Below, piece by piece: positions 11,289 through 19,750 of a stretch of DNA of 64,000 nt. Each line of letters begins with the position of its first letter. Within the stretch, counting starts at the first letter, position 1. The notes below the pieces were generated by a model that ran no database searches, was not told the origin of the DNA, and saw nothing but the letters and a program-made list of their open reading frames with translations. Source of the DNA: Seonamhaeicola sp. (GTDB lineage Bacteria > Bacteroidota > Bacteroidia > Flavobacteriales > Flavobacteriaceae); NCBI RefSeq assembly GCF_028281565.1, contig NZ_JANQJQ010000013.1:116846-180845 (forward strand). The letters are read 5' to 3'. The position numbers were made by a program, and so were the translations under genes.

Positions 11289-12044
11289 GTGAAAAATTTG
11301 TCCAAACTTACTTTTGATAAAGTATTTTTCAGTGTTTTTCTCGTACTGATTGCCCTGATTGTTTTTATGGCTATTGGCAACAATCTGTTGATTTCAAAAT
11401 CAATCTTACCTTTATTTGTTCCGGTATTTTTGATTTTCTTTTTCGTTAGGAACAGTTATTTAAATATTGCATTTATATCATTTTTGATCTTTTCCTTTTT
11501 AGGCGATTTGTCTTCCATGTTTTTTGTTGGAGATATACATCTTAAAATATCAAGTATACTATACTTTCTGAGCTACTTGTACCTGATAGGCATGGCACTA
11601 ACCAAGTTTAAAGTATTACGGTTAGATAAAATAATAGGTGTTTATTTAATCGTTGTATTCGGTATTAGTATGTATTTCCTGTATACCTTGTATAATGTAC
11701 TTAATATGATAGTTACAGACAGTTCGGAAGTATTAATATTTACAGTTAAAAGTTTGAGCTTAATAATACTGGCCTTTGTAGCTTTTGGAGTGTATTTAAG
11801 TACGCAGAGTAAAAAGTCGGTTATATTTTTAGTAGGCGTTATATTTATTATTTTCTCTACGATATTGAACTATATAAATTTGTACTACATCTATCATTGG
11901 AGTTTTGAGATGTTAGACCGCATGTTATATGTATCCGGCCTGTATTTTATGTTCAGATATATGATGATGTTTGAAAGGAAAGCGAAGAAGGTTACGGTAG
12001 TAAAGGAAAACTATGCTTCGGATAATATGTTGGTTAAACAATAA
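11289..12044 (+). CDS. polytopic membrane protein, paralogue of 9983..10744
   Basis: GTG start; 251 aa with the same predicted topology and shared local blocks. Confidence 0.55.
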   Translation: MKNLSKLTFDKVFFSVFLVLIALIVFMAIGNNLLISKSILPLFVPVFLIFFFVRNSYLNIAFISFLIFSFLGDLSSMFFVGDIHLKISSILYFLSYLYLIGMALTKFKVLRLDKIIGVYLIVVFGISMYFLYTLYNVLNMIVTDSSEVLIFTVKSLSLIILAFVAFGVYLSTQSKKSVIFLVGVIFIIFSTILNYINLYYIYHWSFEMLDRMLYVSGLYFMFRYMMMFERKAKKVTVVKENYASDNMLVKQ

Positions 12045-12948
12045 TGGATGTACCGTCTGCCGATTTGTTCTTGTTGGCATCAAAATAAAAATCTATTCTA
12101 CCAAGATTGATACCGTAAGCACCAACCTGGTTAACAAGCATATTTTTGCCTTCCATATTTTTAACAACGGTTGGTTTTTTTAAGAAGGTATGTGTGTGTC
12201 CGCCAATAATAAGATCAATATCTTTAGTAGCTGCAGCCAGGTTTAAATCGCTTGCAATATCAGGAGCGTTTTTATAATGATATCCCAGATGCGAAAGGCA
12301 AATGATCAAATCGCATTTTTCCTCAGTTTTTAAAATACGACTCATGTCCTGTGAAATTTCAATAGGGTCCAGGTATTTGGTTTCTTTAGACAGACTTTTT
12401 TCTACCAACCCTTTTAACTTGATACCTAAACCGAAAACCCCTATTTTAATACCTGCTCTTTTAAAGACTTTATAGGGTTTTACGTGTGTATCCATTACGG
12501 TATTGGAAAAATCATAATTAGCAGAAACCATGCTGAATTTAGCATGAGGTAGTTGAGCATATAATCCGTCAATGCCGTTATCAAAATCATGATTACCAAT
12601 AGTGGCAGCATCATATTTTAACATACTCATGAGCTTAAACTCCAACTCACCGCCATAGTAATTAAAATAAGGCGTACCCTGGAAAATATCTCCGGCATCT
12701 AACAATAAGGTGTTAGGGTTTTCCTTCCTGATAGATTCTATTAAACTGGCACGTCTGGCCACACCGCCTTTATTGGCATTTCTTCCGTCATCCGGTCCAA
12801 ACGGATCTATATGACTATGAACATCATTGGTATGAAGAATGGTTATTTTGGTATGTTTTGAAGGTGCCGTAAACGAGTGTAATCCTAAACCACCGATAGT
12901 TAAAGCACTTCCTGCTGTTAATTGCTGAATAAAATCTCTTCGTCTCAT
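12034..12948 (-). CDS. metallophosphoesterase domain of a split 5'-nucleotidase/UDP-sugar hydrolase (Tat-exported)
   Basis: Twin-arginine signal MRRRDFIQQ. Calcineurin-like motifs HTNDVHSH, GDIFQG, GNHDFD and GGHTH. Confidence 0.85.
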   Translation of the reverse strand: MRRRDFIQQLTAGSALTIGGLGLHSFTAPSKHTKITILHTNDVHSHIDPFGPDDGRNANKGGVARRASLIESIRKENPNTLLLDAGDIFQGTPYFNYYGGELEFKLMSMLKYDAATIGNHDFDNGIDGLYAQLPHAKFSMVSANYDFSNTVMDTHVKPYKVFKRAGIKIGVFGLGIKLKGLVEKSLSKETKYLDPIEISQDMSRILKTEEKCDLIICLSHLGYHYKNAPDIASDLNLAAATKDIDLIIGGHTHTFLKKPTVVKNMEGKNMLVNQVGAYGINLGRIDFYFDANKNKSADGTSIIV

Positions 12949-12954
12949 GGAACA

Positions 12955-13710
12955 TTATTTTCTGATAAACCTGTCATCTCTAACCGGGTTAATAGTGTCA
13001 ACCTTTTTGAAATAATCTATCATAGCACTTCTTACCTTGTAATCTAAGTTGAGGAAACTCTCACTAGGTTTAAAGAATGCCATATTATCACCGTTGTTGT
13101 ATAAATAATCATTAGTGGCTACGTAATAGGTTTTATTTTCATCAATATTTTCGCCATTAATGGTGGCTTTGATAAGATTGTAATCCTGATCAAGAAGGAT
13201 CTTCAACCCTAAAAAAGGGTGTGCCCGCTTTCCTGAAACTAAATAGGAAACCATATCATTAATATTTTTACCTTTTAACCCTACCACCACAATTTTATTT
13301 TCAAAGGGCATGACTTCGTAGGCGGTTCTTACAGTAATGGGCCCCTTAGGGATCATAGAACGAATCCCACCATGGTTTAGCATCACGGCATCAATGTTGT
13401 TACCGGTTCTTTTATTAAAAATGGGGTTTGCTTCAGAAAAAATAATATCCGTCATTAAATTGCCAATGGCCGTATTTAATTCATCATCATTTTTAGTATA
13501 AGCTTTAACGGAATAAGCCAAAACACTGTCCAGATCTTTTTCGAGCTTGTCTCTAAAAGGTTTTATAAAAGATTCAATATCGGTATGGGTAGAAAGTGTA
13601 TCCGTAATGGCAATTTGCTTGCCTTCAATTTTTATTAGGTTCTGATTTTGCTCTTTACAACTTGGAAGAATTAAAAAAATTAACAAAAAAAATAAATGTG
13701 TTAACCTCAT
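12955..13710 (-). CDS. 5'-nucleotidase C-terminal (substrate-binding) domain lipoprotein
   Basis: Lipobox ILPSC. The body resembles the UshA C-domain (NHGGIR, ATNDYL). Confidence 0.8.
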   Translation of the reverse strand: MRLTHLFFLLIFLILPSCKEQNQNLIKIEGKQIAITDTLSTHTDIESFIKPFRDKLEKDLDSVLAYSVKAYTKNDDELNTAIGNLMTDIIFSEANPIFNKRTGNNIDAVMLNHGGIRSMIPKGPITVRTAYEVMPFENKIVVVGLKGKNINDMVSYLVSGKRAHPFLGLKILLDQDYNLIKATINGENIDENKTYYVATNDYLYNNGDNMAFFKPSESFLNLDYKVRSAMIDYFKKVDTINPVRDDRFIRK

Positions 13711-13768
13711 ATATTAAATCAAAATTTTGAATGTAGTTTTGCTACCTTTGCCCAAAGTATAAAGATAA

Positions 13769-14296
13769 ATGATTTTAAAGGGTTTTAAGCAAAAATCTAA
13801 TAAAAAGTACTTAAACAAATTGTTATCTGAAAGGCACGTAAATGTTACCGGTTCTAAGACAGAAAGTTTAGGTGTTATCTTAAATATTGAAGAATTTAAT
13901 GATTTTGAAAGCTTTAGAAAATTAGCCGATTTTATTAAGATACGGGCTAACAAACTAAAGATCATAGCGTTTTCTAAAATTAAAAAAGATGATTTGAATT
14001 CCTGGGATGATTGTTTCAATCCGAAAGATTTTGGTTGGAGCGGTGCCGTGAATAATGTTGAATTGCAATCTTTTTTAGACAGAGATTTTGATGTTTTGAT
14101 AAGCTATTATCAACAGGATGTATTGGAATTAAAGTTGATGACAGCGGCATCCCGGTCAAAATTTAAAATTGGGATCTTACAAAGCGATGAACGATTAAAT
14201 GATTTGATCATAAAAACCGATATAAAGGAATTTAATGTATTTAAAAATGAAGTTTTTAGGTACTTAACTATATTAAATAAAATTAAAAATGAATAG
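13769..14296 (+). CDS. conserved hypothetical protein upstream of dapA
   Basis: 175-aa ORF whose 3' end overlaps the dapA start by 8 nt. The antisense ORF 13714..14019 is judged spurious. Confidence 0.6.
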   Translation: MILKGFKQKSNKKYLNKLLSERHVNVTGSKTESLGVILNIEEFNDFESFRKLADFIKIRANKLKIIAFSKIKKDDLNSWDDCFNPKDFGWSGAVNNVELQSFLDRDFDVLISYYQQDVLELKLMTAASRSKFKIGILQSDERLNDLIIKTDIKEFNVFKNEVFRYLTILNKIKNE

Positions 14297-15161
14297 TAAG
14301 TTTTTAGGTACTGGAGTGGCATTGGTTACACCGTTTAATTCAGATTTAAGTGTGGACCATGAAGCGTTGGCAAATATTGTGAATTACAATATAGAAAACG
14401 GCACAGAGTATTTGGTAATATGCGGAACTACCGGAGAAAGTGTCACTCTGACCAAACAAGAAAAACAAGCAGTTATTAAAACTATTTCAGAAGCTAATAA
14501 TGGGCGTTTGCCTTTGGTTTTAGGGATTGGAGGTAATAATACCAATCAGGTTGTAGAAGAAATCAAATCCACCGATTTAAGTGGTATTGATGCCATTTTA
14601 TCGGTGTCTCCATATTACAACAAACCAACTCAGGAAGGCCTGTACCAACATTTTAAGACTATTGCGGAAGCCTCACCGGTTGATGTCATTTTATATAATG
14701 TTCCGGGTAGAACGTCAAAAAACATGGAGCCCGAAACCACATTAAGACTTGCTAACGATTTTGATAATGTTATTGCGGTTAAAGAAGCCGGAAATAATAT
14801 GGTGCAGTATTTGGAATTGATAAAAAACAAGCCGGAAGATTTTCTTATAATTTCCGGGGATGACGATTTGGCCCTGGGTGTTGTTCTGGCCGGTGGCGCA
14901 GGTGTTATTTCAGTCATAGGGCAAGCGTTTCCTAAAAACTTTTCAGATATGGTTCGCCTGGGTTTAAAAGGAGATGCAAAAGAAGCTTACAAACTTCATT
15001 TTAAACTCATGGACGTTATTGGCTACATTTTTGAAGAAAATAATCCGGCGGGGATCAAAGCCGTTTTTGAAGCTTTGAATTTGTGCCAGGATACTGTGAG
15101 ATTACCCGTAGTGCCTGCATCTAACGGATTAAAAGAAAAAATAAGAGCTTATTTAGCCTAA
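14289..15161 (+). CDS. dapA: 4-hydroxy-tetrahydrodipicolinate synthase
   Basis: GTTGE motif, active-site Lys context AVKEA and YNVPGRT. Confidence 0.93.
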   Translation: MNSKFLGTGVALVTPFNSDLSVDHEALANIVNYNIENGTEYLVICGTTGESVTLTKQEKQAVIKTISEANNGRLPLVLGIGGNNTNQVVEEIKSTDLSGIDAILSVSPYYNKPTQEGLYQHFKTIAEASPVDVILYNVPGRTSKNMEPETTLRLANDFDNVIAVKEAGNNMVQYLELIKNKPEDFLIISGDDDLALGVVLAGGAGVISVIGQAFPKNFSDMVRLGLKGDAKEAYKLHFKLMDVIGYIFEENNPAGIKAVFEALNLCQDTVRLPVVPASNGLKEKIRAYLA

Positions 15162-15171
15162 TTTAAGTTAC

Positions 15172-16092
15172 GTGAAAAAAATTAAAGATCCGGGATTAGG
15201 CAATGCTTCTGCTCCTTCTGCAGAACGTATGATGAATACAAACGGGTCTTTTAATATTTTACATTTAAATAAAGCCCGAAGGTTTTCTGAAGCCTATAAT
15301 TTTCTGGTAAGTATTTCCTGGGGATATTTTTTCTTTTTAACCTTTTTAATGGGCTTTGTCATTAATGCCATTTTTGCTTTAATCTATCTTTTGATTGGCA
15401 TTGAAGAAATTGTTCCCTCTACGGGAAATGCCATCAAAGATTTTTTTAATGCTTTTTTCTTTTCAACACAAACCTTTACTACTTTGGGTTATGGGGCTAT
15501 GGCGCCTCATGGGCTGGCAAGTGGTATAGTATCTTCGTTTGAAGCTTTTTTAGGACTGGTACTTTTTGCTTTTGTCACCGGGTTATTATACGGTCGTTTT
15601 TCAAAACCAAAAGCCGCTATCAGATTTAGTAAGCACATAGTTTTAAGGGATTTTAATCATACCAAAGCTATTATGTTCAGGATAGTGAATAATAGAAAAA
15701 GTACTATGATACACCCTAAAGTGACGGTAACATTATCACTTACCCGGCAGAATAATGTAGGCGATTATGTAAACGATTTTTACAACCTTAAGCTTGAAAG
15801 AAACGCTATTAATTATCTGCCTACAACCTGGACCATTGTTCATGAGATCGATAAAGAAAGTCCGTTGTTCCAATTTTCAAAAGAAGACATCAAAGAACAA
15901 CAGGGTGAGTTTTTAATAATGATAAGTTACTATGACGAATCTTTTAATCAGGAGGTACATCAAATGCATTCTTATACGCTTGACGAGGTTTCATTAGATT
16001 ACAAATTTGATAAGGCTTACTACTACAATGAAAAAGGGAAAATGGTGCTGGACCATAAACTTTTTGACCGTATTGAAAAGTTAAAAAGTTAA
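15172..16092 (+). CDS. inward-rectifier-type potassium channel (KirBac family)
   Basis: Two TM segments flank a pore helix and the selectivity filter TTLGYG (15478-15495). A Kir-type GRFSKPKAAIRFSKHIVL linker and a C-terminal beta-rich cytoplasmic domain follow. GTG start. Confidence 0.85.
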   Translation: MKKIKDPGLGNASAPSAERMMNTNGSFNILHLNKARRFSEAYNFLVSISWGYFFFLTFLMGFVINAIFALIYLLIGIEEIVPSTGNAIKDFFNAFFFSTQTFTTLGYGAMAPHGLASGIVSSFEAFLGLVLFAFVTGLLYGRFSKPKAAIRFSKHIVLRDFNHTKAIMFRIVNNRKSTMIHPKVTVTLSLTRQNNVGDYVNDFYNLKLERNAINYLPTTWTIVHEIDKESPLFQFSKEDIKEQQGEFLIMISYYDESFNQEVHQMHSYTLDEVSLDYKFDKAYYYNEKGKMVLDHKLFDRIEKLKS

Positions 16093-16201
16093 ATAATACT
16101 TAAACCTTATCGTTACTAAGTGTAAGCCACTATTTTAGCGATGAAATAATATTTTTAAAATCCATTTTAATAACTTAATTTTGCATTCTGTTTAAAAATC
16201 T

Positions 16202-17056
16202 ATGAAAAAGTTTTTTTACATACTAATAACGCTGGCCATTTTAAGCTCGTGTAGTGAATACCAAAAAGTATTGAAGCTTTCAGGAGAAGGTGCTACTAAA
16301 GAGAAGTTTACAATGGGCGAAGCACTTTACAATGAAGGTAAGTATGCCAAGGCAAACAGACTTTTTGCACAAATAGTTCCGGACTATAGAGGGAAACCGC
16401 AAGCGCAAAAACTTATGTACTTATATGCTATGACCTTTTATAAAATGCAGGACTACTACATTTCGGCTTACAGGTTTGAGCAGTTTGCAACGGCTTATCC
16501 TAAAAGTGAAAAATTGGAAGAAGCATCATTTTTAAGTGCGCAAAGTTATTATATGTTGTCCCCGGTTTATACAAAAGACCAAAAGGAAACCACAGAAGCC
16601 ATTGAGAAAATTCAGGGGTTTATTAATAAATTCCCGGATTCAGAATATTTACCGGAGGCCAATAAACTGGTAAAAGAATTAGAATTTAAACTGGAGCAAA
16701 AAGCCTTTGCCATTGCTAAACAATATAGCGAGATTGCTCCGGGTTTTACGGGTGATTTTAATGCAGCCATAAAATCATTTGATAATTTTCTATATGATTT
16801 TCCCGGGTCCAGCTTAAGAGAAGATGCTCATTTTTACAGGTTGGATGCTATTTATCAACAAGCGGTGAATAGTGTTGAATATAACCGGTCTATTGAAGAA
16901 GGTATTGTTCATATAAGAAAACAACGTTTAGAGACTGCTACGGAAAGCATTGATTCATTTAAAAGGGCTTTTGCTGAATCAAAGTATATAGAGCAGGTAA
17001 ATGAAATGGTTAAAGTTGTTGAAGAAGAATTAAAAAAGTATAGCACAAAAAGTTAA
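16202..17056 (+). CDS. bamD: outer membrane protein assembly factor BamD (TPR lipoprotein)
   Basis: Lipobox LSSC, TPR-like repeats, and the size and context typical of Bacteroidota BamD. Confidence 0.8.
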   Translation: MKKFFYILITLAILSSCSEYQKVLKLSGEGATKEKFTMGEALYNEGKYAKANRLFAQIVPDYRGKPQAQKLMYLYAMTFYKMQDYYISAYRFEQFATAYPKSEKLEEASFLSAQSYYMLSPVYTKDQKETTEAIEKIQGFINKFPDSEYLPEANKLVKELEFKLEQKAFAIAKQYSEIAPGFTGDFNAAIKSFDNFLYDFPGSSLREDAHFYRLDAIYQQAVNSVEYNRSIEEGIVHIRKQRLETATESIDSFKRAFAESKYIEQVNEMVKVVEEELKKYSTKS

Positions 17057-17064
17057 ATATAATC

Positions 17065-17397
17065 ATGATGGATTTAAAAAAAATCAATGCGCCTGTTAAC
17101 ACTGTAACTTATGACAGAAATCAAATTGATGAGCCAACAGAGAATATCTATGAGTCAATTTCTATCATAGCCAGAAGAGCAGAGCAAATTAACACAGAGA
17201 TTAAAAAAGAGCTTATTGATAAGTTAGAAGAGTTTGCTACTTACAATGACAGCCTTGAAGAGATCTTTGAAAACAAAGAACAAATTGAGGTTTCCAAATT
17301 CTACGAAAAATTACCAAAACCTCATGCGTTAGCTGTTCAGGAGTGGTTAACAGACAAAATCTACTTTAGAAATACCGAGGAAGATTCCCAGGAATAA
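17065..17397 (+). CDS. RNA polymerase omega-subunit-like protein
   Basis: 110 aa. YESISIIARRAEQI resembles the RpoZ core helix, and the gene sits downstream of bamD. Confidence 0.55.
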   Translation: MMDLKKINAPVNTVTYDRNQIDEPTENIYESISIIARRAEQINTEIKKELIDKLEEFATYNDSLEEIFENKEQIEVSKFYEKLPKPHALAVQEWLTDKIYFRNTEEDSQE

Positions 17398-17559
17398 TTT
17401 TTAAAAGTAAACAGCTCAAAGCAAGTAGCTTTTCAGGAGAATTTAGTACATTTATTTTTCTTTTTTAAGGGCGGATTTTCAAGCATAGCAAAAGTTACGA
17501 TTGTGAATTTTGACTGAGAAAAGAGGAACGAATAAGCAAAACCTTGAAAAGCTATTTTT

Positions 17560-18771
17560 ATGAGTATACTAAGCGGTAAGAATATACTATTAGGCATAAG
17601 TGCCGGTATTGCTGCTTATAAAACAGCTTCACTGGTAAGGTTATTTATAAAAGCGGGTGCTGACGTAAAAGTAGTGATGACCCCTGCTTCAAAAGAATTT
17701 ATCACACCTTTAACCTTATCAACCCTTTCAAAAAACCCGGTGCATTCATCTTTCACCAATGAAGATGATGATAATGCCGTATGGAACAGCCATGTGGATT
17801 TAGGCCTTTGGGCAGATTTATTTATTGTGGCACCGGCTACAGCGAATACATTGTCTAAAATGGCAAATGGCGTTTGTGATAATTTATTGCTGGCTACCTA
17901 TTTATCGGCCAAATGCCCGGTGTATTTTGCGCCTGCTATGGATTTAGATATGTATAAACATCCAACCACTTTACAATCTTTTGAAACGTTGAAGTCGTTC
18001 GGAAATATTATGATCCCTGCTACAAGTGGTGAATTGGCAAGTGGGTTGGTTGGCGAAGGCAGGATGGCAGAACCCGAAGATATTGTGGCTTTTATTGAAA
18101 ACGATATTTTAGAATCCTTACCATTAAAAAATAAAAAGGTTTTAATTACAGCTGGTCCAACCTATGAGGCTATAGATCCGGTGCGATTTATAGGAAACCA
18201 CTCCAGTGGCAAAATGGGATTTGAAATAGCCAAAGCGGCAGCCAATTTGGGTGCACAGGTTGTTTTGGTTTCGGGCCCCACACATCAAAAGGTATCCCAT
18301 GGTTTAATAGAAGTAGTGCCCGTTACCAGTGCAGAAGATATGTATACAGAAGTGCATAAACACTTTGGTAGCACCGATGTGGCCATACTGTCGGCTGCAG
18401 TGGCAGATTACAGACCAAAAGAAGTTGCTTCTCAGAAAATAAAAAAGAAAGATCCGGCGTTAACTTTAGAGTTAGAAAAAACAAAAGATATTTTAGCCTC
18501 TCTGGGTGCTATAAAAAAACATCAATATTTGGTGGGGTTTGCATTAGAAACTAATAACGAATTAGAAAACGCGAAAGACAAATTAAAAAGAAAGAATTTA
18601 AATTTAATTGTTTTAAATTCGTTAAATGATACAGGTGCCGGATTTAAAAGTGATACCAATAAGGTTACTTTTATTGAGGCTGATGACAGCGTCACAACAT
18701 TTCAACTAAAATCTAAGGCTGAGGTAGCTAAAGATCTATTAAATAAAATTACAGAGCAAATACATGCGTAA
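17560..18771 (+). CDS. coaBC: bifunctional phosphopantothenoylcysteine decarboxylase/synthetase
   Basis: N-terminal flavoprotein domain (GISAGIAAYK; PATANT) and a C-terminal CoaB domain with NHSSGKMG. Confidence 0.93.
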   Translation: MSILSGKNILLGISAGIAAYKTASLVRLFIKAGADVKVVMTPASKEFITPLTLSTLSKNPVHSSFTNEDDDNAVWNSHVDLGLWADLFIVAPATANTLSKMANGVCDNLLLATYLSAKCPVYFAPAMDLDMYKHPTTLQSFETLKSFGNIMIPATSGELASGLVGEGRMAEPEDIVAFIENDILESLPLKNKKVLITAGPTYEAIDPVRFIGNHSSGKMGFEIAKAAANLGAQVVLVSGPTHQKVSHGLIEVVPVTSAEDMYTEVHKHFGSTDVAILSAAVADYRPKEVASQKIKKKDPALTLELEKTKDILASLGAIKKHQYLVGFALETNNELENAKDKLKRKNLNLIVLNSLNDTGAGFKSDTNKVTFIEADDSVTTFQLKSKAEVAKDLLNKITEQIHA

Positions 18772-19651
18772 CATTCTTATTCTTTTAACTTTTTTTCTTG
18801 CTATTACAGGGTTTTCTCAGGAGTTAAATTGTAATGTAGTAGTTAATGCACAGTTCACAGGAAACGAAAACTTTCCCATTTTTAAGACTTTAGAAAAACA
18901 ATTAACGGAGTTTGTTAATAATACCAAGTGGACCAACAAAGCGTTTTTGCCTCAGGAACGTATTGACTGTAGTATGGTAATTAACGTTACAAATTACAGT
19001 GGAGAAACCTTTCAGGCAAGTTTGCAGGTACAATCGTCACGCCCGGTATATGGGTCTTCTTATGATACACCGGTTTATAATTTCAACGATAAAGATTTTA
19101 CGTTTAGGTATTTGGAATATCAGAATTTAATATTTAATCCCACACAATTTCAGTCCAACTTAGTGTCGGTTATCGCATTTCATGTATACATGGTTTTAGC
19201 TTTAGATGCCGATTCTTTTTCAGCAAACGGTGGTGACCCCTATTTTAAGCAAGCCCAGACCATCACTAATTTCTCCCAACAAGGAAATTTTAGAGGTTGG
19301 AAATTAGAAGACGGTTTGCAAAGTAGATTCATGCTTATAGATAATATTATGTCACCTACTTTTAAAGAATACAGGCAGGTTATTAATGCGTATCACAGGC
19401 AAGGATTAGATGTGATGAGTGAAAATACTAAAGATGGTAAAGAAAAAATCGCAGCGGCGCTAAAGCAATTTCAGGTTATGAACAGCAGAAGGCCCAATTC
19501 CTTTTTACAACGCACTTTTTTTGACGCAAAGGCTGATGAAATTGCACAAATTTTTAGTGATGGCCCCAGTGTAAATATCGCCAGTCTTAAAGAAGTACTT
19601 AATAAGGTGGCGCCCATGCATAGTAGTAAGTGGCAAAGAATTAAGTTCTAG
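18764..19651 (+). CDS. secreted conserved protein (DUF4835-like, from memory)
   Basis: Signal peptide; 295 aa. Its start overlaps the coaBC end by 8 nt. The family name is recalled, not verified. Confidence 0.6.
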   Translation: MRNILILLTFFLAITGFSQELNCNVVVNAQFTGNENFPIFKTLEKQLTEFVNNTKWTNKAFLPQERIDCSMVINVTNYSGETFQASLQVQSSRPVYGSSYDTPVYNFNDKDFTFRYLEYQNLIFNPTQFQSNLVSVIAFHVYMVLALDADSFSANGGDPYFKQAQTITNFSQQGNFRGWKLEDGLQSRFMLIDNIMSPTFKEYRQVINAYHRQGLDVMSENTKDGKEKIAAALKQFQVMNSRRPNSFLQRTFFDAKADEIAQIFSDGPSVNIASLKEVLNKVAPMHSSKWQRIKF

Positions 19652-19685
19652 AGTTTTCGAAGCGTAGCTTGGTTTCAAATAAACA

Positions 19686-19734
19686 GTCATTCCTGCGTGT
19701 CATGCTGAGTTTGTCAAAGTAAAAGCAGGAATCC
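19686..19734. repeat. hairpin repeat GTCATTCCTGCG...GCAGGAATCC carrying a 28-nt CTGAG/TCAAAG module in its loop
   Basis: 8-bp stem ATTCCTGC (19689-19696) / GCAGGAAT (19725-19732). The same stem with a 4-nt loop occurs at 22504-22523 and 29117-29136. Confidence 0.8.
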
Positions 19735-19750
19735 AATTTTCAGGAATAAT

